From assembly GCA_002269645.1 (NCBI GenBank), contig NIVC01002526.1, positions 1 through 64,000 on the forward strand: DNA of 64,000 nucleotides, read 5' to 3'. The notes below the pieces were generated by a model. It was not told the DNA's origin and searched no databases. It worked only from the letters and a program-made list of their open reading frames with translations. Below are positions 43,075-58,281 of the stretch, piece by piece; positions within the stretch are counted from its first letter, which is position 1; the number at the start of each line of letters is the position of its first letter. The position numbers were made by a program, and so were the translations under genes. The stretch is from Macrostomum lignano (taxonomy: Eukaryota).

Positions 43075-43669
43075 CAAGGACTACTCAAGTAGAAGGACTG
43101 GAAACAACATTTCTTAGAAAATGCTTGAGGCTGGTTTTCGCAGAAAAATACACTACGGAGATAGGAAGTTTTCACTTTTTTTTCAGCACGAAAATTGTTA
43201 TTGCTTTCGATAGGAAGCAGACCCAATGTTAATCTTTTGATATGTTGTGGCTTTCTTATTGCTCTATTGATATTCATAAAGCTTTTCGTTTAGAAAATTA
43301 GGATTCTATGTTAACTTTTTATTCTACGTACAATTGTACATGTCGCTCTATTTTATCATTCTTAGCTGACTGTCTCACACTGTGTGTAACAAAGATGATA
43401 AAAAAGATTCATAAAACCAATGAGTCGAGCTGAGCCATGCATTTTTATGATTTTAGTTTTCTAAAAGAAAGCTTTATGAATATTAATAGAGCTATAAGAA
43501 AGGCACAACATATCAAAAGACGAACATTGGGTCTGCTTCCTATATCGAAAGCAATAACAATTTTTGTGCTGAAAAAAAGTTAAAACTTCCTATCTCCGTA
43601 GTGTATTTTTTGGCAAAACCAGCCTCATAAACATTTTCTAAGAAACGTCCTTCTCTTAAGTAGTCCTTG
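43075..43669. mobile_element. Foldback-type non-autonomous DNA transposon, 595 bp, about 220-bp TIRs, 8-bp TSD (P or hAT superfamily)
   Basis: Termini CAAGGACTACT...AGTAGTCCTTG. Exact TSD GATGCTGC at 43067-43074 and 43670-43677. Arms ~43075-43300 and ~43458-43669 are reverse complements with scattered substitutions. Confidence 0.9.
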
Positions 43670-44199
43670 GATGCTGCAAGATGGGTGACCTAAAACTTGA
43701 AATTCGAAATTTCACATGTAAACTTGTACCGTCTACCGTCCGTCTATCTATTGAATAGTTTACAATGATGGGCATCAGGAACGCAAGGACCACCAAAACA
43801 CAACACACAAGGATTGCTAGGGACACAAGGACCCCTAAGAACACAAAGATTGCTAGAGATGCAAGACCGCTAAAACGCAAGGATTGCTAGGCTCGAGGAC
43901 CGCTAAGAACTAGATGATTATGTGAAACACAATCACAAGAATATACAAGTATTCGCAAGAACTTCAAGAAGAGCGCCATGAGTCAATGAGCAAGAGATCA
44001 GTTAAATTTCAGTATTTTAATATTAGCTTTCTTATTTAATTCTAGGTGCATAAAATTGGTTGTTAAGCGTTTAATAAGGCCATTAACTGTACAAGACCTT
44101 TTTTAGCTTCGTGTAATTGGTTAATTCAAGTTTCCTTTGTTCAAAATATTTACTATTCACAGTTCTCCTGACATAGAAAAAAGTTATAGTGCATGGCTG

Positions 44200-44825
44200 T
44201 GTCGGTAGCAAACAGGGAGTGACCTACCGGTGTATGGTGGCATTGGTGGAAAACAGGGAGTGACCTACCGCTGTATGGTGGCGTTGGTAGGAAACAGGGA
44301 GTGACCTACCGCTGTATGGTGGCGTTGGTAGGAAACAAGGAGTGACCTACCGGTGTATGGTGGCGTTGGTAGGAAACAGGGAGTGACCTACCGCTGTATG
44401 GTGGCGTTGGTAGGAAACAGGGAGTGACCTACCGCTGTATGGTGGCGTTGGTAGGAAACAAGGAGTGACCTACCGGTGTATGGTGGCGTTGGTAGGAAAC
44501 AGGGAGTGACCTACCGCTGTATGGTGGCGTTGGTAGGAAACAGGGAGTGACCTACCGCTGTATGGTGGCGTTGGTAGGAAACAGGGAGTGACCTACCGCT
44601 GTATGGTGGCGTTAGTAGGAAACAGGGAGTGACCTACCGCTGTATGGTGGCGTTGGTAGGAAACAAGGAGTGACCTACCGCTGTATGGTGGCGTTGCTAG
44701 GAAACAAGGAGTGACCTACCGCTGTATGGTGGCGTTGGTAGGAAACAGGGAGTGACCTACCGGTGTATGGTGGCGTTGGTAGGAAACAGGGAGTGACCTA
44801 CCGGTGTATGGTGGCGTTGCTAGGA
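44200..44825. repeat. 41-bp minisatellite (GGAAACAGGGAGTGACCTACCGCTGTATGGTGGCGTTGGTA), about 15 copies
   Basis: Period is visible; lies between the end of the PTB-like gene and the NLK 5' region. Confidence 0.96.
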
Positions 44826-45208
44826 ATTAGGGACCACCCTGTGCAAGTGTTTTGGGATAACAGAAGACCATGATTAAACCACTTAATAGGCTTTTTCTCA
44901 GAAAAAAACATGATTGGCAATAAAACAACAGCGAGTGTTCCATACTACTATTTAAGCGCGAAAAAAGTAGTCAGACGAGAATGTGCAGCGTCAAGAAACA
45001 ACTAACAATAGTAAATTCCTATTTTTGATTGTGTATGAGAAAAAGCATAGCGATGACGGCACTATAAAGTAGTAATAATAAGACTCAGGCTCCGGGCTCA
45101 GTTACCAAGTGAAAATCAACGATTTGGCGGCTCTCTATGATGCCGAATTCGAAGCATCTTGAATCACTGGTTGAAGACATTGGAGTTTCACTGACGGGTG
45201 AGTCTGGC

Positions 45209-47980
<2,772 letters not shown>

Positions 47981-47997
47981 CTGCGAGGATGAGAATG

Positions 47998-49160
47998 CTG
48001 TGACAGATGAGAGTGGGTACTGTGACAGATGAGAATGGTTACTTTGACAGATGAGAATGGGTACTGTGACAGATGAGAATGGGTACTTTGACAGATGAGA
48101 ATGGATACTGTGACAGATGAGAATGGGTATTGTGACAGATGAGAATGGGTATTGTGACAGATGAGAATGGGTACTGTGACAGATGAGAATGGGTACTGTG
48201 ACAGATGAGAATGGGTACTGTGACAGATGAGAATGGGTACTTTGACAGATGAGAATGGGTACTGTGACAGATGAGAATGGGTACTTTGACAGATGAGAAT
48301 GGGTACTGTGACAGATGAGAATGGGTACTGTGACAGATGAGAATGGGTACTGTGACAGATGAGAATGGGTACTGTGACAGATGAGAATGGGTACTGTGAC
48401 AGATGAGAATGGGTACTTTGACAGATGAGAATGGGTACTGTGACAGATGAGAATGGGTACTGTGACAGATGAGAATGGGTACTGTAACAGATGAGAATGG
48501 GTACTGTGACAGTTGAGAATGGGTACTGTGACAGATGAGAATGGGTACTGTGACAGATGAGAATGGGTACTGTGACAGTTGAGAATGGGTACTGTGACAG
48601 ATAAGAATGGGTACTGTGACAGATGAGAATGGGTACTGTGACAGATGAGAATGGGTACTGTGACAGATGAGAATGGGTACTGTGACAGATGAGAATGGGT
48701 ACTGTGACAGTTGAGAATGGGTACTGTGACAGTTGAGAATGGGTCTGTGACAGTTGAGAATGGGTACTGTGACAGTTGAGAATGGGTACTGTGACAGTTG
48801 AGAATGGGTACTGTGACAGATGAGAATGGGTACTGTGACAGTTGAGAATGGGTACTGTGACAGATGAGAATGGGTACTGTGACAGTTGAGAATGGGTACT
48901 GTGACAGTTGAGAATGGGTACTGTGACAGATGAGAATGGGTACTGTGACAGATGAGAATGGGTACTGTGACAGTTGAGAATGGGTACTGTGACAGTTGAG
49001 AATGGGTACTGTGACAGATGAGAATGGGTACTGTGACAGTTGAGAATGGGTACTGTGACAGATGAGAATGGGTACTGTGACAGTTGAGAATGGGTACTGT
49101 GACAGTTGAGAATGGATACTGTGACAAATGAGAATGTCCAGTGTGAACGATGAGAATGTC
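47998..49160. repeat. 22-bp minisatellite (GAGAATGGGTACTGTGACAGAT), about 52 copies, abutting the exon acceptor
   Basis: Period is visible; the last unit merges into the exon start at 47997/47980. Confidence 0.97.
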
Positions 49161-49959
49161 CAGTGTGAACGACGAAAGCAGAAGCTGTCAGCCATAAAAC
49201 AACTTAGGCCCAGGCTTATCGAGTATACTTCAACGGGTTTAAAAAGATAATGGATTATTCTGAGAAACCCTCACAGAAACGACCGGATGTCAAAGCACAG
49301 AGCACAGTTGCTTCCAAGCGTTACAGATGAAGCCTCTCTCTGTAGAGAGTCTGGAACAACCTTGCGTATTTCTTACCGAGAGCTTTGTGAGCCAGACCTC
49401 AGCCTCCCACTTGCAGGTAGCCAAGGTGTGGGTTTCTCAGCCTTTCAAGAACCCACACAGCCTACACGTTGCTAATGCCTTCCCTTTACTATTTTATGCG
49501 CTTGCAATTATAACAGGGAGAAGGGATGGAGAATGGGGGATGAGGCCTGGAGCAGAGGCTGGGAGAGAAGAGTGAATGAGGCGCTTATAGATTGGAAAAG
49601 TAGAGACAGGCGGAGAGGAGGGGGAGCTCAGAATGGCGAGAACGTCCGACTCATTCTGCACCGCGGGTGAACCGCCGTGCCCTCCCCGCCCTCAGTGCTC
49701 TGCAACTGGAAATCTCCCCACTCCGCTCTTGTCCAAAAGAAGAAGTTTGGCGCCGCTCCGATCGTCAGACGCCAAATTTAGATCAGCCAGCCCTCTATAG
49801 TGTTTTGTTTCTGACCGTTGCAGCGACTTGCACGGGTATTGTAGGGGTTGGGGACGGATTCTAGCTGAGCTGCCATAGCCCTTCCCCTTGAGCCAACTGG
49901 GCTACTTCCTGTGGCCTAGTATTGAATTTGCACTATTCAATAACAGAGCTGTTGCCTTT

Positions 49960-51631
49960 GCAGAAGTTTTAGGCGGCCGGTTTTACCGAAGAAATACATT
50001 ATGGAGATAGGAGGTTTTCATTTTTCAGCACCAAAATTGTTTTTGCTTTTGATAGTTCAAGGCGGACCCAATGTTAATCTTTTAAAATGTCTTGCCTTTG
50101 TTATAGTTATTTTGATATTCATAAAGCTATTTGTTTAGAAAATTAGGATTCTATGTTAATTTTATATCCTACGCTTATGTCCTGTGTCTGAAAATCATAA
50201 AGAATGGCGCAACTCAACTCATTGGTTATATTATATAGGAATCTATTTTATCATTCTGTTACACATCTTGTTACACAGTCATTAAGCTAAGAATGATGAA
50301 ATTTATTCATAAAACCAATGAGTCCAGCTTGACATCTCAGAATTGCTGAGCTGTCAAGGCTTACGGGGGGAATTGTTGAGCTGTCAAGGCTTACGGAGGG
50401 AATTGCTGAGCTGTCAAGGCTTACAAGGGAATTTCTGAGAGGTCAAGGCTTACGGGGGGAATTGCTGAGCTGTCAAGGCTTACGGGGGGAATTGCTGAGC
50501 TGTCAAGGCTTACAAGGGAATTTCTGAGAGGTCAAGGCTTACGGGGGGAATTGCTGAGCTGTCAAGGCTTACAAGGGAATTTCTGAGAGGTCAAGGCTTA
50601 CGGGGGGAATTGCTGAGCTGTCAAGGCTTACAAGGGAATTTCTGAGAGGTCAAGGCTTAGGGGGGAATTGCTGAGCTGTCAAGGCTTACGGGGGGAATTG
50701 CTGAGCTGTCAAGGCTTACGGGGGGAATTGCTGAGATGTCAAGGCTTACAGGCGGAATTGCTGAGCTGTCAAGGCTTACGGGGGGAATTGTTGAGATGTC
50801 AAGGCTTACGGGGGGAATTGCTGAGCTGTCAAGGCTTACAAGGGAATTTCTGAGAGGTCAAGGCTTACGGGGGGAATTGCTGAGCTGTCAAGGCTTACAA
50901 GGGAATTTCTGAGAGGTCAAGGCTTAGGGGGGAATTGCTGAGCTGTCAAGGCTTACAGGGGGAATTGCTGAGCTGTCAAGGCTTACGGGGGGAATTGCTG
51001 AGATGTCAAGGCTTACAGGGGGAATTGCTGAGCTGTCAAGGCTTACGGGGGAATTGCTGAGCTGTCAAGGCTTACGGGGGGAATTGCTGAGCTGTCAAGG
51101 CTTACTGGGGGAATTGCTGAGATGTCAGGGGGAATCGCTGAGATGTCAAGGCTTACTGGGGGAATTGCTGAGATGTCAAGGGGAATCACTGAGATGTCAA
51201 GGCTTACGGGGGGAATTGCTGAGATGTCAGGGGGAATCGCTGAGATGTCAAGGCTTACGGGGGGAATTGCTGAGATGTCAAGGCTTACTGGGTGAATTGC
51301 TGAGATGTGGAGGCTGAGGTCAGAAGCTTATTCTGACCTTATTTGAATAAACACGTAGTTTATTCAAAAAAAATTATTCCATCTTTGTTGACTACCTAAC
51401 GGGAGGGCGCAGATTCCTAGCAGAATCCTAATTTTCTAAACGAAAAGCTTTATTAAATCCATAGAGCTATAACAAAGGCAAGCCATATCAAAAGATGAAC
51501 ACTGGGTCTGTCTCCTATTTGTGCTAAAAATGAAACCTAGTATTTCCTTAATGTACTTTTACGGTAAAACCTGCCTGCTTAAAATTTCCCAAGAAACGTA
51601 TTTTCCCGTCCATCTACTTGAGTATTCCTTG
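49960..51631. mobile_element. Second, more diverged copy of the CAAGG long-TIR element with a minisatellite inside
   Basis: The left arm (GGAGATAGGA..GACCCAATGTTAATCTTTT..GATATTCATAAAGCT..TTTAGAAAATTAGGATTCTATGTTAA) and the right arm ending CTACTTGAGTATTCCTTG match 43075-43669. The left terminus is eroded and no TSD was found. Confidence 0.85.
50341..51310. repeat. About 30-bp minisatellite (AATTGCTGAGCTGTCAAGGCTTACGGGGGG), about 33 copies
   Basis: Period is visible; lies between the two TIR arms of the element above. Confidence 0.96.
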
Positions 51632-52629
51632 GTTGCAGGCTGCCCAGGAGGAAGTGAAAGACTGTAGAAGCAAGTGATTGGCAGGGATATTCAGTTCAAA
51701 AACTAGCAATAGAAACAAGTAGTCTCTGTGTTCGTGTATGCTCAAGGCAAGACTTTGAGAGGATGTATCGAGTTGCTAGGCACAGGTGAAATCTAGTTTT
51801 GTCCAATTTAAAACTCTCACAGGCATGATTCGCCACAGTCAGGCTGTCCCGAGCTCTCGAATATCGCGCTTCTGGTCTCGACTGGTCTTCTGATCGGTAG
51901 GGTCGCCTGGGAGCAGCTGATTTCCGAATTCGCTTTCCAACCGCATGCGCAGTGCGGCTCTCAGCTGCCTCCGTTCGCCCAATTGCTCTGCTGACTAGAG
52001 GGGGAGGCCTGTGCTTTGCTATTCTTTCGCTTGGCTTCACATTTTTGTAGTGTGGATTTGACTGTCGGGCAGCTGCCCCGCAGCCCCTCCCGGCCCCATG
52101 TGCGCGTCTGTGCAGCTTGGGGCGGGGAGGCGAGTTCTTCATGCCCTGGCAGCTCTGCTCCCGCGGATTGGGCCGCGCGCCGCTCCGTGGATTAAGGCCA
52201 GCAGCCCCGGTCCTTGTTCCCTCACCCCTTCTTGTTCCAATTTCCGTGGGAACCCCGGCCCGGCCTTATGACTCACGGCTGCAGCCCCCCCCCCCGAGCC
52301 CCACCCCTCACCCGCGGCTTGGGCGAATATGGGCATGGCGGCTGCAGGGATTTAGCGCGATGCGAGGAGTGGAGGGGAAAGGGGAGAGGAAACAAAACTA
52401 ACTGGGAAGCAGGAGAATAATGATAATCATATTTGGCCAGCGGATCCGAAATTGGCTCAATCTATCCTCTCTCTCTCCAATCACTCTGTGTCGAATAGCT
52501 TTGTGACAGCACAAAAATAGGAGATTTATCCCACAACCCGCCCCAATTATAAAATTGATTCGCAACTTTGAGCAGGTTGTCGGAGTATGGACTGGGGGCA
52601 TGTTGCGTAAACAGCTTTGATTAATCAGA

Positions 52630-53408
<779 letters not shown>

Positions 53409-53453
53409 CCATCGCAAAATGGTTAACACGCTACAGTCAGTCAGCTTACTTAC

Positions 53454-53504
53454 CTTGGCCTCATTGCTGGGAGGACCCCTGGGAGGAAGTACATGATCGG
53501 GCAG
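53454..53504 (-). CDS. Candidate 51-nt phase-0 exon (LPDHVLPPRGPPSNEAK), possibly an upstream exon of the PTB-like gene
   Basis: Acceptor CTTTATCAGTCAG and a perfect donor AAG|GTAAGT. Stop-free and phase-compatible with the 47980 acceptor. Confidence 0.45.
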
Positions 53505-53804
53505 CTGACTGATAAAGTAAAGTTGTGGCTTGCTACCTGAAAGTGTCAATCAAGCATCTATTAGAAGAGCGAATGAGTCATCGAGGGAGGCCTCCGTGCA
53601 CTGGGATTTCGCCTCATTATCCTCAGGAAGTGTGCGCATTCATGGCTGATAGTGGGGCCGGCTGTGTCACAGAAAGAGAAAGGAAGGCGCAAATTCTTAT
53701 TAGAGGGCCTGTGCTTCTGTCTAGGCTGTAGCTAATTAGTGGCATCGGTAGAATTCAGGGCAAGGGCAGAATCTTTTTTAGTTTTGTTGCTTCTACAGGC
53801 ACTG

Positions 53805-56335
53805 GATAGATTCCGATTCTCTACAGTCTATTGGATAGATTAGCAATCCATTCCGATTCTCTACAGTCTATTGGATAGATTAGCAATCCATTCCGATTCT
53901 CTACAGTCTATTGGATAGATTAGCAATCCATTCCGATTCTCTACAGTCTATTGGATAGATTAGCAATCCATTTCGATTCTCTACAGTCTATTGGATAGAT
54001 TAGCAATCCATTCCGATTCTCTACAGTCTATTGGATAGATTAGCAATCCATTCCGATTCTCTACAGTCTATTGGATAGATTAGCAATCCATTCCGATTCT
54101 CTACAGTCTTTTGAATAGATTAGCAATCCATTCCGATTCTCTACAGTCTATTGGATAGATTAGCAATCCATTCCGATTCTCTACAGTCTATTGGATAGAT
54201 TAGCAATCCTTTCCGATTCTCTACAGTCTATTGGATAGATTAGCAATCCATTCCGATTCTCTACAGTCTATTGGATAGATTAGCAATCCATTCCGATTCT
54301 CTACAGTCTTTTGAATAGATTAGCAATCCATTCCGATTCTCTACAGTCTATTGGATAGATTAGCAATCCATTCCGATTCTCTACAGTCTATTGGAAAGAT
54401 TAGCAATCCTTTCCGATTCTCTACAGTCTATTGGATAGATTAGCAATCCATTCCGATTCTCTACAGTCTATTGGAAAGATTAGCAATCCTTTCCGATTCT
54501 CTACAGTCTATTGGAAAGATTAGCAATCCTTTCCGATTCTCTACAGTCTATTGGATAGATTAGCAATCCATTCCGATTCTCTACAGTCTATTGGAAAGAT
54601 TAGCAATCCTTTCCGATTCTCTACAGTCTATTGGATAGATTAGCAATCCATTCCGATTCTCTACAGTCTATTGGATAGATTAGCAATCCATTCAGATTCT
54701 CTACAGTCTATTGGATAGATTAGCAATCCATTCAGATTCTCTACAGTCTTTTGAATAGATTAGCAATCCATTCAGATTCTCTACAGTCTATTGGATAGAT
54801 TAGCAATCCATTCTGATTCTCTACAGTCTACTGGATAGATTAGCAATCCATTCCGATTCTCTACAGTCTACTGGATAGATTAGCAATCCATTCCGATTCT
54901 CTACAGTCTATTGGATAGATTAGCAATCCATTCAGATTCTCTACAGTCTTTTGAATAGATTAGCAATCCATTCAGATTCTCTACAGTCTATTGGATAGAT
55001 TAGCAATCCATTCCGATTCTCTACAGTCTACTGGATAGATTAGCAATCCATTCCGATTCTCTACAGTCTATTGGATAGATTAGCAATCCATTCCGATTCT
55101 CTACAGTCTATTGGATAGATTAGCAATCCATTCAGATTCTCTACAGTCTATTGGATAGATTAGCAATCCATTCAGATTCTCTACAGTCTTTTGAATAGAT
55201 TAGCAATCCATTCAGATTCTCTACAGTCTATTGGATAGATTAGCAATCCATTCCGATTCTCTACAGTCTACTGGATAGATTAGCAATCCATTCCGATTCT
55301 CTACAGTCTACTGGATAGATTAGCAATCCATTCCGATTCTCTACAGTCTATTGGATAGATTAGCAATCCATTCCGATTCTCTACAGTCTATTGGATAGAT
55401 TAGCAATCCATTCCGATTCTCTACAGTCTATTGGATAGATTAGCAATCCATTCCGATTCTCTACAGTCTATTGGATAGATTAGCAATCCATTTCGATTCT
55501 CTACAGTCTATTGGATAGATTAGCAATCCATTCCGATTCTCTACAGTCTATTGGATAGATTAGCAATCCATTCCGATTCTCTACAGTCTATTGGATAGAT
55601 TAGCAATCCATTCAGATTCTCTACAGTCTATTGGATAGATTAGCAATCCATTCCGATTCTCTACAGTCTATTGGATAGATTAGCAATCCTTTCCGATTCT
55701 CTACAGTCTATTGGATAGATTAGCAATCCTTTCCGATTCTCTACAGTCTATTGGATAGATTAGCAATCCATTCCGATTCTCTACAGTCTATTGGATAGAT
55801 TAGCAATCCATTCCGATTCTCTACAGTCTTTTGAATAGATTAGCAATCCATTCCGATTCTCTACAGTCTATTGGATAGATTAGCAATCCATTCCGATTCT
55901 CTACAGTCTATTGGATAGATTAGCAATCCATTCCGATTCTCTACAGTCTATTGGATAGATTAGCAATCCATTCCGATTCTCTACAGTCTATTGGATAGAT
56001 TAGCAATCCATTCCGATTCTCTACAGTCTTTTGAATAGATTAGCAATCCATTCCGATTCTCTACAGTCTATTGGATAGATTAGCAATCCATTCCGATTCT
56101 CTACAGTCTATTGGATAGATTAGCAATCCATTCCGATTCTCTAAAGTCTATTGGATAGATTAGCAATCCATTCCGATTCTCTACAGTCTATTGGATAGAT
56201 TAGCAATCCATTCCGATTCTCTACAGTCTATTGGATAGATTAGCAATCCATTCCAACTCTCTACAGTCTATTGGATAGATTAGCAATCCTTTCTAATTCT
56301 CTAAAGTCTACTAGTTAGATTAGCAATCCATTCCA
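53805..56335. repeat. 40-bp minisatellite (ATTCCGATTCTCTACAGTCTATTGGATAGATTAGCAATCC), about 63 copies
   Basis: Period 40 is visible and the array is very homogeneous. Confidence 0.98.
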
Positions 56336-56749
56336 CCTTAAACACTGTGGGTTTGCTGTGTACAATTATTAGCCTTGGCTAAGATGATCCCCCATGCTAT
56401 CTACCGGTCTGTCTAAGTGAAATACCTTCGCGTATTCCTGCTGCCGTATTGCAGAGAAAAGATCGGCTAGGGGTTGGAGAGAGGCGGCAGCGTGCGCGCC
56501 AAGTTCAAGGATCAGCCTAGCTTACGCGCATTCCTCCATTCCACTTTGCCAGGTCTGGTAAGTAAAATGCGCATTGGTACAGTTGATCCGAAGGCCGAGG
56601 CGCCCCTGTAGACACAAGACCAGACTGTATGCAGACTGTTTGCATGACATTTCTTGTAATGTTGGCTGCGACTCTGGCTCTGCCATTAAATTGAAGTGGA
56701 GATAAACCAAAATAAATCTGGGTGGAGTGACTGTAATAGCTCATAGTTG

Positions 56750-57740
56750 CGATTCTCATAGTTGACTATTGATTTCTCATGTTTGACTAACCGATTCTCA
56801 TAGTTGACTATTGATTTCTCATAATTGACTAACCGATTTCTCATAATTGACTAACCGATTTCTCATAATTGACTAACCGATTTCTCATAATTGACTAACC
56901 GATTCTCATACTTGACTAACCGATTCTCATAGTTGACTATTGATTTCTCATACTGGACTAACCGATTTCTCATATTTGACTAACCGATTTCTCATAATTG
57001 ACTAACCGATTCTCATAGTTGACTATTGATTTTCTCATACTTGACTAACCGATTCTCATAGTTGACTATTGATTTCTCATACTTGACTAACCGATTTCTC
57101 ATAATTGACTAACCGATTTCTCATCTTTGACTAATTGATTTCTCTTATTTGACTAACCGATTTCTCATATTTGACTAACCGATTTCTCATAATTGACTAA
57201 CCGATTTCTCATCTTTGACTAACCGATTCTCATACTTGACTAACCGATTCTCATAGTTGACTATTGATTTCTCATACTGGACTAACCGATTTCTCATATT
57301 TGACTAACCGATTTCTCATAATTGACTAACCGATTCTCATAGTTAACTATTGATTTTCTCATACTTGACTAACCGATTCTCATAGTTGACTATTGATTTC
57401 TCATACTTGACTAACCGATTTCTCTTATTTGACTAACCGATTTCTCATATTTGACTAACCGATTTCTCATATTTGACTAACCGATTTCTCATACTTGACT
57501 AACCGATTCTCATAGTTGACTATTGATTTCTCATACTTGACTAATTGATTTCTCATACTTGACTAACCGATTTCTCATACTTGACTAATTGATTTCTCAT
57601 ACTTGACTAACCGATTCTCATAGTTGACTAACCGATTTCTCATCTTTGACTAATTGATTTCTCATACATGCAGTTTACTAACCAATTTCTAATATTAGAC
57701 AAGCCAATTCTCATAGTTGACTAATCGATTTCTCATATGA
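56750..57740. repeat. 21/22-bp minisatellite (TTGACTAACCGATTTCTCATAN), about 45 copies
   Basis: Period is visible, with two alternating variants (ACTAACCGA / ACTATTGA). Confidence 0.95.
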
Positions 57741-58041
57741 TTTTTCAGCTGTTATATCAGCTGTTAACATTAAAAGACTCGGAAACCAGTTGAGTGAAAG
57801 AGCCGCGTGTTGGGATAGGTCTCCCAGTAGTATATTTATTTATTTGATTACTTTTGCCAGACAAAACAAGCATGCGGAAGCGGGCTAAAGCGGTGCATTG
57901 AAGAAGAAAAGCAGTTTCTATTATTTTAATTTTAATTGTCGCTTTAAGCAAGTAACTCATTTCACACGTGAATAAATTCGTTATTTCGAGTAGATAAATA
58001 TCGAGTCTTAGAGAGGTGACAATGAGAGTTGCTGGATGGTG

Positions 58042-58227
58042 CTAATCCTCATCCGCTGCATCTTGAGTCTCCAACTCCGCAAGGCACTCCTTGATGGCTC
58101 GCATCGCGCCTGTCAGAAATCAATTGGCTAGTTGATCAATAATTCTGACTCAGTAATCTCCATGCACACCTCATAGATGTACTTAACATTGACAGAGCAC
58201 CTCAGACAGCTGAGTCAGTAAAGCCTA

Positions 58228-58281
<54 letters not shown>

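Noticed and set aside
51696-52401. 148-aa and neighbouring GC-rich ORFs
   Set aside because: There are no convincing splice sites or motifs. They could be promoter-like or UTR sequence.
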